A DNA stretch of 64,000 bases. Origin: Hydrolagus colliei (lineage: Eukaryota). Shown here piece after piece: positions 35,434 through 48,439 of this stretch; the first letter of the stretch is position 1; each line of letters opens with the position of its first letter. Where the stretch lies: contig CM068747.1 of the NCBI GenBank assembly GCA_035084275.1, positions 13,950,001-14,014,000 on the forward strand. Reading direction: 5' to 3'. The notes under the pieces are model-generated. The model had not been told where the DNA came from. It did not search any database and was given only the letters and a program-made list of their open reading frames with translations. The translations under genes and the position numbers were made by a program.

Positions 35434-38400
35434 GTCTAGGCTGACACGAGCAGTGCTAGGGGTTAGTTGCATTGTTGAAGGTGCCATCCTTCAGATGAGA
35501 CATTAAACCAAACTCACATCTGCCTGTTCAGCTGGACGTTAAATATCCCATGATAAATAACAGCTACATCAAAATTACATTTGTATAACACCTTTCACGT
35601 CGGGAGGAGGTCCCAAAGCGCTGGACAGTCAGTGTTTTAGACCTGAGCTGGGGTCGGGATCAGGGAGGGAAGGGAATATACCACCAAAAACGTGTGTGTC
35701 GCCGGTGTGCTAGACAACAATCACCCAAATAAAATTGGCCATTCAGTTCATGACTGTTTGGAGGATATTCATGTGCATGTATTTGCTGATTTGTCACCCG
35801 CAAGGTAATCAGTGTACTTCACAGTGAATCCAGAGGACCTGGGGTTGACTCCATGGCAGAGCGAAACCATAGACAAGTTTTCTTAATCCACACGCCTCTG
35901 TTTACCGAGTCGTAAATTGGAACCCAGTTGCTTGTCGATCAGTATTTCGCTTTTCCGTCGGCAATAATCCCTTAAAAAAAATTTGGTCATTCAGTCCACA
36001 ACTGTTTGTGTAATTGGTTGCTGCGTACACAGTTACTTTACTTTGTAATATGTTATGGGAAGCGCTTTTGAGACATCTCAATGACGTGATAGGGCACTGT
36101 ATAAATGCAAGGTTCATTATTATTTTTATTATTGTTATATCTTTTTATATGAACACAAGTTGTATAAGTAACAAAACAAATAGAAATACTGTACAACCAA
36201 ATATTAGAACATAAAATCTTTCATACAGCATTCATTCATTCGCTAAGCTACAGTAAATGGCCCATTTGTGCAAACTACTGCATCAACCAAATGAGAACAT
36301 GAACAACAATAACATTTATAGAGCGTCGTTCACGTCGGGTGTATGTCCCAAGGAGCTGAACAGTCAGGGGTCTGGACTAAAAATTGATCATTATTAAACC
36401 TAGTGCATTTTTCATGGAAAAACTTATCTAAGCTTATTTATACTTTACAATTATTTACAATTTTTAAAAAGCTGAAATGTTCACTCTAATCAATGCATCT
36501 GAAAGTGTTTGAATCCACTTGATTCAATCTCAGGAAATATCTGAATGGCTATTGTGCAATATTTTAGACCTTATTAGATTAATAATGCAATAGTGTTAAC
36601 TTTCTTTTTTTAAAAAAAAGCAAACAATTTTTGCAGTCCTTGCATATCTACATTAGAAGCTATCAAATCAATATCGAATAACTAATATCAAATGCAAGCA
36701 TTATTATATTAGCAAATGAATTCTACTCTTCTGAATATTTTGTTCTCCGCAGAAATTTGTCTTCGCAACTCCACGTTATTCTACTCTCAGGAATTCTGGT
36801 AATAAAGCACTTTATAAGAAAGAAAAACAATTTCCAGTTTCATCATTTATTTTTTGTCCAACTTGGAATCAGCACAAAATTTCAGTCCGACTAGTCTTTT
36901 TGTGTTTAGGCAGCAATGAAAAACAAGGTTAAACGGTCATTAGTTTTCTCAAATGCCTGAAATGTCTGAATACAAAAACCTACATTCACGTTTATGAGTA
37001 GAGTTTATTATTCCCACCAGTTTGAGAAAACACAATTTACTTAATTGCCTAATAAGTGTAATAAATCTTCATTTGCTGTGTTAGATTGTCCTGGCTTTGC
37101 AGCAGTTTGGTCACAAAACTTGGTTTAGCATAAGGGATATATACACACAAAAAAATGTGGTCACCCAATCCACTGTTGTTTATGAGTCACAGTTCTATGC
37201 TACTGGCTGCTGTGTTTCGTCAACATAGTACACAGTCAATCCAATTTACACTATATCCTGTGAAGAGCTTTGAGATTCACTGATGTGAGTCACTATATAT
37301 ATATATATCAAATGTAAGGATTAGTAATATTAGTAATACTGTATTCGGAGGGTTTGAACAATAACTCCTGTAATCTAGATGTAAGAGTAGTGTGGAAAAC
37401 AGTAAGCTAGAGCAGAAATATGGTGTTCTTTGCTGGTTATTGTTGGAATAGTTAGGCAATCTGCGAATTTTCTTTAAAAAACATGCATTTCCAAAAGGAG
37501 AGGGGAAAAAAATCTTTAACATTTATTTTCTCTCCATTTTAAAATACAGGGAGAAAAATAAATAGTTTTCCAAGAATATATGCAGCTTTCTTAAGAGTAC
37601 TGATAATGATAATCCTGCATTTGATACCATGTCGCTGAAAAGTCTCAAAGCGTTTCACAGAAGATTCTGTAAAGTGAATTGACTGCATTTTGTTAGCAAA
37701 ACACAGCAGCCAATTTATTTTACCCAATTAGATCTCCCTACTGCCTGATAAGATGATCTTTCCCCAGATAGATTGTGAGATACAAGGAAGAATATCCAAT
37801 CAGCCAGTTTATTGGATAAGTAATCCTGAAAAACAGGCGATTTAGCTCCATACAAGATCTCAAGGACAAGCTTGAAATCAGACACCTCTTGTTCAGAAGC
37901 AAGGAAGTGCATTCTTTTACACTGCAGGAAATATCTTGCGGTCACAAACATTTGAACTGATCACTTTGGTTCTGTACAGGGTTAAGATCAAGTTTTTTGT
38001 TGCGACAATACCTTCACTGGAGAAATCTCCACATGTGAACATCCCCTCTTTACCACTCATGCAAATGATGCAAGACAGAGACAGGTATGATGTTACTGCC
38101 ATAACATACAGTTCTATTCCATTTCACTGAATAAATGGTTCGTAATCTTAAGAGTTAAAACAGCACAGGAGACTATTCCAACTCTTCAAGCCTATGGTAG
38201 TGCCTTTACTGAAGTTATAGACTCTTTATACTAGTTCACTGTTTTTATCTCCAGTGCACTTCTATATAATTTATGTTGAAATATTTAATCTAATTTCCTT
38301 TTTTTATCTCAGTGCCAGCTGTAAGAATGATTACTTACTTCTTACTATTTTGGGTTGATCCTCTTCTAATTTAGGACCAGGCAACTAGTGGTCACATTAG

Positions 38401-40684
38401 CTCCACTTTTCCCTCCTTGTCTTTAAGACACTTCTTTTAAGGCTTTCGGTGGAATTGTCGTCAACTTGACCTATTGTGGTTACCATTGATTACAACAACA
38501 TAGATGCATTAATTGTGCCTTCATTGTAGACACAGCTGGATTGCAGTTCTACCACACACCATCTTGTTCTGCTTTCTGAAAGATCCATAAAGATCTATTT
38601 GGATGCTCGACAAGGTTTTCTTCAAGAATTTACAGAACTTTATGATGCCTTTCCCCAATTGTTCATTTCCCTCCTCTAATTTCCTCAGTTTGACCCTATA
38701 TTAGGCTGTGTTTCATCCTGGGTCCAGTTCTGTAACCTTCAGTAGCTTACCCTCCAGTAGCTAACCTTCATCTGGATAGCCATTGTTGGCAGGCTATTTA
38801 ACAAGGGAATTTGATCACAGTCAACTTGAATCTCTTCTTATTAGACATCCACACAATGCATGTAAAATGATCATACCACTACAGTACAGGTACTTCAAAA
38901 TGAATAAAAGCTGTAATTTGATTGAACTGCTTTTTTTGCCACATCACCTGATAATAATATTTGCATTTGATATAGCGCATTATTGAATTTTCGAGAAGTG
39001 TTAAAACGCTTCACAGAATATACTGTGAAGTGAACTGACTGTATTTTGTGAGAAACATGGCAACAAATTGCACACAACCATGAGGGTCACTGCTGTGTGC
39101 AATTGGCTGCTGCATTTTCGCCCATAAAATATACAGTCAATTCACTGTATATTGTTTTCTGTGAAGCTCTTTGACATGTCTCGAAGATGTGATGAAGCGC
39201 TATATCAAACGGAAGGATGATTATTATTATCATTACCTGTGGAAACTACCAGCAGACTGAAGATTAAAACTCAAGCACAGAAAATCATTGGTATTTTAAA
39301 AAACAGTATGGATAATGATTACTGGAGAATTTAGAAAAACATACATTATATTAAATTTAGAGAATGAGCAAAAATGATTGCTCAGGACTGACACTGGGTT
39401 CCATAAACAATAGTTTTGGAGCTAACCAAAAATAGTTTGAGAGAGTGGAGTCACAGGTCACTTTTAATAAGACATTTTTTTAGCTACTTTCTAAATCAGT
39501 TACTGAAACAATAACATTGAGCCTCAACGACATTTAGTGTGCTTGTACAGATCAGGCAGAAATGTAGATTTCCCAGCAATATCACAAATGTTTAGTAGGA
39601 AATCAAGCCAATTCAAACTTCCTGAGGAGAAGTAACTTCATACTGATTTTTTTAAAAAAACAAGCAAAATACAGAAAAAAATCAACAAAGCAGCTATTTG
39701 CTTCTTTACCAGCGCCTTGGAATGTCCTCCTGACATGAAAGACGCTATACAAGTATAATTTTGTTGTTGTTTACTGAAGGACAATTCAATCAGCAGTACC
39801 CGCAGATGCGTTCAGATTCACATGCAACCCTATCATTTCTATCTAGGACTTCCAACAAAACCCTGAAACAGCATCATGGCAAAGCACCTGCACTGCATAA
39901 TAATTCCGGATTTCAGTAAGAACAGTGATTTTTCTGCACAATGTCTTTGGTAGCTAATATAGACTGGATGACAGGTTATGAAGAATGTGCTTCTCATATC
40001 TCTTGCAGTATACTGGGAAGGACAGGCAAAACACTTCAGGTTAGATCAGTTTTTCTGCAAGGCACCCTTATATATGCGTGCTTCTTGGGTGACCATAAGA
40101 TACTAATCAGTAATGGAACTCTGAATGATATTTGCTCCCTTCTAATCTGGGGAGAATCCAAGCTGCTGTTCATGACCATCATCACATAAGCCTGTTGACA
40201 AATTGAGACAAAGCTAAATGAGCTGGAAAGCAGGGGCTAAATCTGGAACTTTGATACTCTGTGTAGCTATCTAACACATTCCAGTCTGTGTTTAGCTTTT
40301 GAGCCATCAAGGCACTTTAAAAAAAAAGAAAATTAATGATTTTAAAAACAAGCTTAAGCAAAATCAAGTGCATATCAAAGACGTTGGTTCAATTAATGTG
40401 GAACAAATGCAGAAAGTGTACCAGTATCGAGGTATCAGACTGCACAGAATAAATGATATCCATATAACAATGTTACAAGTAAAAGTGTGAAGCATGGGAA
40501 CAAAATAGCTCAATGGCAGAAAGGCAATTCATTCAACCTCACATAAAAATAAAGAATGGTTACATGGGAATATTGCGATAATGGAAAAGTGATCATGATG
40601 TAGATTTGTGCTGTACTGTAGCCAATTTTTCTTATTAACCTTTAGAGTTTTCCCAAATTGAGCATATTTACACGGTTGTGCGGA

Positions 40685-41046
40685 GGAGTCCTGTAGCTCA
40701 GTAGTTAGAATACTCGCCTCGCAAGCGAGAGACCTGGGTTTGATTCCCGCCAGGGCAAAATGTTGGGCAAGTTTTCTTAATTCATGTGCCTCTGTTTATC
40801 TAGCATAAGTTGGAACCCGGTTGTTAGTCGATTGACGGATCACTTTTCTGGAGGTAATCAAACATGAATAATAAATTGGTCACTTCAATGCACAGCCTTT
40901 TGTGGAACACTGCAGTGCACAATTGGCTGCTGCGTTTTGCCCACAAAATATAGTCAATTCAATTCACCATATATTCTGTGAAGTGCTTTGAGACGTCTTG
41001 AAGACGTGATAAAGCACTACATCAAATGCAAGGACTATTATTATTA
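40685..41046 (+). mobile_element. tRNA-derived SINE, long subfamily, ending about 20 nt from the first coding exon donor
   Basis: Full-length head, body and (TTA)n tail. Confidence 0.88.
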
Positions 41047-41068
41047 TATTATGGAATGCTATACATAC

Positions 41069-41178
41069 CTAACATAGAGCACGCCATTGTGATCCACTTG
41101 CCGCTGCCATCCGATAGGGACTTGGATTGCTGATCCACCGCCATCTCTGTCACCTTCACATTCCTTTCCTCCATTCAT
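41069..41178 (-). CDS. MBD5: MBD5 first coding exon (CDS part): start codon and N-terminal part of the MBD domain
   Basis: Reverse complement reads ATG...[36 protein letters not shown]+AG, then donor GTATGT. Matches the recalled MBD5 N-terminus ([38 protein letters not shown]). 110 nt, phase 2. Missed by the ORF track. Confidence 0.96.
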
Positions 41179-41780
41179 TTTTTCCCCAAGTTTCTGCTTG
41201 CGACACCTCAGAGATATCAAAAGTCAGATGATGCCTTGGGACTTCATGTCATCATGGCCTCTGAAACGCGACCATATGGTACAGTGATCTTCCACTGTAC
41301 TCAGTTCTTGAGGGGGATGTTCCAGCTCAGTGAGGAACCATCTCTTTAAGAGCCACCATTTTATACAAAGTCACTGCCTCATAATAATCCACATTCGTGA
41401 AGTGTGTGGGATGATTCAGTGTTTAGGGCTGTACTTTAGCGCTACGTGAAGAGGACCAGCTGCCTCCTATTCGGAGAGCACATGATTCACATTAGCTTGC
41501 ATTCAGTCCTCCGCTTCAAAAAAAGGATGATGTACGTTTTGACATACAGTAGCTCTGTTTAACTTCCCAGATTCGTTCAGCCTTGTCTTGCCTGCACAGG
41601 GCCAGATTTCATTGCCATGGATGTGAGTCACTGCTTAAGCTTCCTGGAATTGAATCCCTTGTAGGCCGCATCTTTCACCTTCAAACGTACTTTTCCCAGC
41701 CGAGCCCAAGTCAGCCGTTTAACACCAACCTCACGATTACACTGCCATAGTTTGGGATCATTCAGCCTTTGTACAAAACT
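41179..41780 (-). other. MBD5: Putative 5'UTR portion of the MBD5 start-codon exon
   Basis: Repeat-free sequence upstream of the ATG, bounded by acceptor tgtcttgtctacttgcag at about 41781-41798. About 600 nt, comparable to the long UTR part of the mammalian start exon as recalled. Confidence 0.55.
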
Positions 41781-43672
41781 CTGCAAGTAGACAAGACATC
41801 TTAGGTTATTTACATTTTGTAGGCACAAAATTTAGGAAACAAAAGTGCTACAAATCAGTTATAAAGGAAGTGGATTGTAAATGAAATATTGCATCCGCTA
41901 AAATGGGCTTTCTGTTCAAGTCCATCTCCTATATTAATTAATGTATAATAACTTATAATGTATAATACAACACATTGCCCATGGAGGGAGCAAAGAAGGG
42001 AGCAGAATTTTTTGACACCATCTCTTCTATATTCAATCCCAAGGAATTATAGTAGCATCAAGAAAAGCACATTGTGACATAACATTTTGGTCACAAAATA
42101 TACCAGCAATTCACTTTATAGTAAATTCTGTGAAGCATTTTGAGATGTTTCAACAACATGATAAGATGCTATATCAAATGCAAGGATTATTATTATCATT
42201 ACTATATTTGTCTAGTTTAATACTGCAAAATATGATATTAACACAAGGATGTATATTCATATTTTTAAGAGCACAAAAAGTTTTTAAAAAAATGGAACTT
42301 CAAAGTTGTGAAGTAGCCAAGAGTGTATGAATTTAAGAGACTAGAACCCTTTAAATAATTAGTTTTGCCTTAAAAGTAAATGTTAACTAGCTGCAAAAGA
42401 TTTGAATCTCAATCAAAGGTATCTTTTTTTAAAAAAAAAGCTCATAAATAGTAAGAGAAAGAAAAAAAGGAACAGGGTTCTATATTTCATGTTTTGGTTT
42501 TGTAGTTGCTGAAAAGGCAAAATAAATAACTTGAATCAGTAATCGCATTCAACTTGGCCATCTTAATACTTGTGACTAACTAAGCTCCATTACTTTTATC
42601 CACAATGGCATCAGAAGTTACCATCTCAGACACTGGTGAGACCAAACATTCTATTCCTTTCTTCAGCATTTCTGCATCACTTCACTAAAAGCTTTGTTTG
42701 GAATTTAATAATGTTAATATGGTAAGTGCTCAGTTCATTGTACTGATGCAAAGAGACATTAATCTTTCAAGTGAACTTTATCTAACTGTACTTATAAATG
42801 CAAATTTCACAACATCTAGGGGGAGGGGCAATAAAATCCCTGTTATACAAATACAAGACACAGAGCCATGAGGTTTGTGCTGGTAGGTCATAAAAATTCA
42901 CTCAAGCTAAAATAGCTGCGCCTGAAAAATTACACAACATTTTCACTTGATCCCAAAACACAAATGAAAAACAGAGTAAGACTACAGAAATCACAAAAAT
43001 GCACTATAATATTACTATAGCTATCCTTGCCTGCAAATAAATTGAAAGATAAAGCTTCAGATTTGAAAAAAACCCAATTGTGAAGACAAAGATGAAAAAA
43101 AATCACAATTCAGGGCTTTTGCTTTATTTATTGCAATTTATAATCACCCAATACAAACGAGTCATTGTTGCTATAATCTCCATAATCTGCGAAAGAGCAT
43201 TCATATTGAAACCATCCCCCAAAGCCTCCAGACAGTCACAACAAGACAGCAGAATTCCTCTCTGGCAGGTGGTAACTTCTTACCAAACAAAATGCAGTGG
43301 TTGATACACCAGATAATCCCAGCATGTGGTTCATCAGCAATTTAGAAAATGAATAATGAAATCTATAGTCAAACTGATCAAACTGATGTAGGTCAGGTGG
43401 ATTGACTATATTTTGCCCACAAAGTAAATCACTTTGCATTGCAAGATCTCTGTGAAGCACTTTGAGACATCTCAATGACGATACGGTGCTTTATTTCCGT
43501 TTGGGGGAGGACGGGTTTGTGGGGTTATGGAGAGAGAGCTGGGGAGTGGGATTGAATAGCTCTTTTCAAAGTTCCAGCACAGACTCGATTGGCTGAATGG
43601 CCTCCTTTTGTGCTGAAAAATTCTATGATTCTATGATAAAATAAAGGATTATTATTTTTCGAACTATTATCC

Positions 43673-44798
43673 AACAACAACAAAATTACATTTATAGAGC
43701 GCCTTTCATGTCGGGAGGACTTCTCAATGCGCTGAACAGTTAGGGGTCGGCACCCGAGGTTGATAGCGAGTCAGCAGGTCGGAGAGATAGGAACGGATAG
43801 GCCGTGAATAGCTTTGAAAGTGAGAATGAGGATCTTGAATTCAATCCTCTAGGAGCCAATGGAGCTGGGCGAGGGTGGGAGTGATGTGGTTGCGGATACT
43901 AATGCAGGAGAGGACACAAGCTGCAGAGTTCTGGATGATCTGCAGCATGTGAAGAGAAGAGCCAGGAAGGCCAACCGAGTTTCCATAGTTGAGCTTTGAT
44001 GTGACGAATGCATGGACGAGGGTTTCATCAGCTTGAGGGGTGAAGCAGTGATGGAGTCTGGCAATGTTACGGAGGTAGTGGAAGGCAGAGCTGGTCATGG
44101 CGCGGATGTGGGGTAGGAAGGACAGTTCAGCATCAAACAAGACACCCAGGTTCCTGACTGGCTTTGTGTGGTGGAGTGAGCAGCCGTGGATGTTGATGCT
44201 GTCAGCACCTGAGGTATGGAGACACTGACGCGAGCCAATCAGGAGGGGTCTCAATCTTGCCGAAGTTCAGCTGAAGAAAGTTGTCACTCGTCCAGGACTC
44301 AATGTCAGACAGGCAGGAAGTCAGGACACCGTAGTCCTGGAGTTGAGGATGTAAGCGGAGAGATACAGTTGGGTGTCATCCACGTACATGTGGAATTTTA
44401 CCCCTTGTCTGCAGATGATGTCACCGAGGAGGAGCAGGTAGAGGGAGAAGGAGGGGACCAAGGACAGAGCCCCAAGGAACACCGCACAAGACGGTGCGGG
44501 GGCTGGAGGAAAAGCCGTTGGCAGATACAAAGTGTAGACGGTGTAAATGATAAGACCTGAACCAGTCAAGGACAGAACCTTGAAGGTTGAGGTAGAAGGA
44601 GAGGTGGTGGAGGAGGATTGAATGGTCCACAATATCGAAGATGGTGGATAGGTCGAGGAAGCAGAGGGAACCCTGGTCACAGGATATCATTTGTAATCTT
44701 GACCAGAGCAGGTTCTGTGCTGTTGGCAGGACGGAAGCCGATTGGAGGGGCTCATGGAGGGAATGGGATGAGAGGAAAGAACGAAGCTGGGAGGCAAT
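43673..44798 (-). mobile_element. L2-clade LINE, 5'-truncated, frameshifted RT and 3' tail
   Basis: CGVPWGSVLGPLL, YVDDTQLYLS (YADD motif), [42 protein letters not shown]; tail ...GACATGAAAGGCGCTCTATAAATGTAATTTTG(TTG)n. Confidence 0.92.
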
Positions 44799-44871
44799 AA
44801 CTACATTGGTATTATAATGGCAAAAACACATCTGAGTTTAAAATGCTGAAAATAAAATAACTGTTTAATTC

Positions 44872-45040
44872 AAATGTTGTTCCCATATTCAAGAAAGGTG
44901 AAAGAGCCACAGCTGGTAATTTTGTAGCCTGATCTCAATAACAGGAAAAAAGATGGGAATTAACCATCAGAAAGAAAATTACTGGTGTAAAAAAAATTAA
45001 ATGACAGCCAATTTGAGTTCAGAAAGGGCAGGTGTTGTCC
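44872..45040 (+). mobile_element. CR1 LINE RT fragment
   Basis: NVVPIFKKGERATAGNF and NDSQFEFRKGRCC resemble CR1 NVTPIFKKG..NYRP and SQHGFRKGRSC. Confidence 0.7.
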
Positions 45041-45442
45041 TGTTTCTTGTATGCATTGATGCCTTAGATTCACAGACTCAATAATAACGTCCTTAAATTT
45101 GGGGTGGGGGGAGTGGGGGAAGATAATGTCAATAAAGAGAACTACAAGCGGAAGTCATAAAAAGGGGTTGTTCGATTATGTACAACAACAAAATTACATT
45201 TATATAGCACCTACCGTGTCGAGAGAACATTCCAAGGCGCTGTCCATATACATGGGCAGATAAAGGGCAAATTATGTTTAATACAGATAAATACTAGGCA
45301 CTTCAGGAAGGATGAATAGGATACACATCTACTTCATGGATGGCACAGAACCTGTCAAGCTGAAAGAAATGCAGGTGTCACTTGACATCTCTCACTGTCA
45401 TTGTTTCTGATGCCCTCAAGGCAGCATAGCTTTTGGTAATGT

Positions 45443-46165
45443 GGAGTCCTGTAGCTCAGTGATTAGAGCATTCGCCTTGCAAGTGAGAAACCCAAGTTCA
45501 ATTTCCAGGCAGGGTAAAACCTTAAGCAAGTTTCCTTACTCCACACGCCTGATAATAAACAGCAATAATACATTGGTCATTTCAATCCACGACTGTTTGC
45601 AGGACACTGTTGTGCGCAATTGATTGCCGCATTTCACCCACATAAACAGTCAATTCACTTTACCGTATATTCTGTGAAGCGTCTCGAAGACGTGAAAAGC
45701 GCTATATCAAATGCAAGGATTATTATTATTATGGTAACCAAAGAACAAGATTTAAAAAAATGTATCTGTGGATGGACAGACTGCCAGATCATCTGTCACA
45801 TCTCTGTGGAGTAATGTTGGTTAGAGCACACATCTTGCAAGCTGGCGGACTCTATGGTTTGATTCCCATGGCAGGGCAAGTTTCCTTACTCCACATGCCT
45901 CGGTTTACCTAGCAGCAAGTAAGAACCCGTTTATTAGTCAATTTGCAGATTGCTTTCCAGGTGTGTAATAATCCCTTTAAAACAAAATAATTATAATAAT
46001 TGTCACTCAATCCACTGTTGAGTGTTTGTGGGACATTGCTTTGTACAGTTGCTGCCTTTCGTCCATAAAATAGTCAATTCATTTTATGGTATATTCTGTG
46101 AACCACTTTGAGATGTCTCAAGGATGTGATAAGGTACTGTATCAAATGCAAGGATTATTATTATT
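45443..46165 (+). mobile_element. Two tandem tRNA-derived SINEs (short 45443-45730; long about 45808-46165)
   Basis: Two head-to-tail family copies, each ending AATGCAAGGATTATTATT. Confidence 0.8.
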
Positions 46166-47868
46166 TTATTCCAAAAGAGTTGTAGGGCATCTGGGAAGTT
46201 ATCACTGAATTTATATCAATTCATTTTCAGATCATTCATTGAAGAAAAAAATATGCAGAGTAGATATTAGTAATTGCAGCTGGAATATAATGTGAAGTGA
46301 ATTGTCTGTATATTTTTGGGGTGAAATACGACAGCCAATTGCATACACCAGTCTCCCACAATCATTTCTACCAACAGCCATGGATTGAGTGTCCAAATTA
46401 TTCATTTATTTATCTATTTATTCAAATCCTGTTGGTCCCCTCCAAATCCTGAATTGAACCAGGGGGGCAGGTCTGCATCATCAGTGCCCTGGAGGGGGAC
46501 ACTATTTGAATACTCGGTTGCCAAGCATATTATTTTGGAGCCAACTCAGCTACAAGGAGATACCACTTCCTTACCTTCCCTGAATATCACTGAAGAATGA
46601 AGTACAGTAGTTCTTTATTTTTAATACACCTGAATAGGCCAGTCACAGACATTAACCAACTTATATGCAATCTTACAATTGAATTCAGTAACAAACCATC
46701 TATGGGATAAACTACAATAAACATTTCACTGTATCAGGAGGGTTTAAATAATGCACAGTAGTGTTTTTGCAAGCTCTATTTTAGGACAGTCAGTCAACTG
46801 CCCCACGCAGAGCATTAGTGAAGAGCTTCTGGCCACAGTCCAAGTTGGATTTGTTCTCTTTTGGAATGGATTGTGGGCATTATGCATATCATACACAATG
46901 CTATAATAAGATGGAATCCTAAATTTAAAACACTTTTTAAAGAAAAACATTTTGACTGTTCTGAAACTCCCAACATATCAGCTCGCCAGACATTTTACCG
47001 ATGTATTCTTTCAAAATGTAGTTTAGGGAAACAGTAGCAAAACTATTACACTCTCACGTGCATCAATTATAGTGTTTCAAGTGAATTTATGTAATATGGG
47101 AGGGGAGAAACCCCCTTAAACTAGGATTATCCAACCTACTGGTTGCTGATGTTGGATTTCAGAAACACTCGAAAATAAGCAATATTCTGTGAAACATAAC
47201 ATTCACATAGTGCTCTTTTCACGTCGGAAGGTCTTCTCAAAGTGCGATACTGCTGGATGGGCAACCGTGGGCAATGGGGTGGTGGGGGGGATATGAAGCA
47301 ATGTGGTGTTTGCTAGGCAAAGGGAACGGCTGGGTTAGGAGAGGAAAGGTGGGGATTCTATATTTAAAAAAATATTGCTTATCCTCTTATCACTGTCTCA
47401 CCAACTTGAGACTTGATTCCAAAGAATTCTCTATTGTTTTCCCAAATACATTGTGTAGTTTTATAGAATTTCTTACAAAATAGGTTTGACGTTTTTTAAA
47501 TAAACCATTTTAATAGGAAAGCCAGAAGTAGGGATAGAAAAATAACAATAAATTGGTCACTCCACATGTCTTTATTTATCTAGCATTAAGTAGGAACCCG
47601 GTTGTTAGTCGATTAGCGGATTGCTTTCCCAGATGTAATAATTTCTACAAAATAATAATACTAATAATAAATTGGTCACTTTAATCCACGACTGTTTGTG
47701 GGACACTGCTTTGTGCATTCAGCTACCATGTTTCTCCCACAAAATATACAATCAATTAATTTTACAATATATTCTGAAGCGCTTTGAGATGTCGTGAATA
47801 CAAGGATTATTACATAGAGACCAAAACTGTCAGACCCTCCTCCTGCCCAGTACCAAAACAAAAATTAC

Positions 47869-48039
47869 CTGGGGCAATAATATCATTTTCAGGCAATTAA
47901 CTATCAGCTTTTACTTGCCCGACTGAGCAAATGGATTTCATTGCTCCAACAGTTTTCTTTGCGTGTATCTGTGCACAGTGTATGAGATACAGGGGGATTG
48001 AGTGTTTGTGTGGCAGATTGTGAGTTACAACCTGCTCTG
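47869..48039 (-). other. Candidate non-coding 5'UTR exon of MBD5 (171 nt)
   Basis: Acceptor cactttttttatag|cag (NAGNAG) and donor CAG|gtaatt, in unique sequence upstream of the start exon. MBD5 is known to have several non-coding 5' exons. Confidence 0.45.
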
Positions 48040-48439
48040 CTATAAAAAAAGTGTATATCCATATGGGCACAGATAGAATATTGAGCAAGTAAAACTTCCT
48101 GGTCTATGAATAGTGCTAATAATATTTTATAGAAAGTACAATAAAAACTCCATCCGATAGCCCAGGGGATAACACCAAGCGGTAGAAGACTTGAAAAACA
48201 GAGTGCCCTTGACTGATATGGAGGTTACAGGAATGCCCATTCTTTCTTCTGCTCAAATGACCTGTGTTTTGAGGGGGTAATATAAGGGTTACAGAAACCT
48301 CTCCAAGCAAGGGGCCAGGAACCTATGGTGAAAGAAGACATCAACATCCTGATAGATACATTTGTTGAATGCATTAAATTAAATTGATGGCCTCTGAGCC
48401 AAGGGTATATTTGTCTATTTGGACCACTACCTTGATTTG

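Larger units (their letters stand above)
34305..35555 (+). mobile_element. Deu-domain SINE split by the hAT element (34305-34394 and 35434-35555)
   Basis: Head CTGGCTCAG...GAGTCAATAGGTTGTGGGTTCAAG continues after the insertion as GTCTAGGCTGACAC...GGTGCCATCCTTCAGATGAGACATTAAACC. Confidence 0.8.

Noticed and set aside
40685-40760. tRNA-like sequences with A and B boxes (many copies)
   Set aside because: They continue directly into SINE bodies and lack a complete cloverleaf; they are SINE heads, not tRNA genes.
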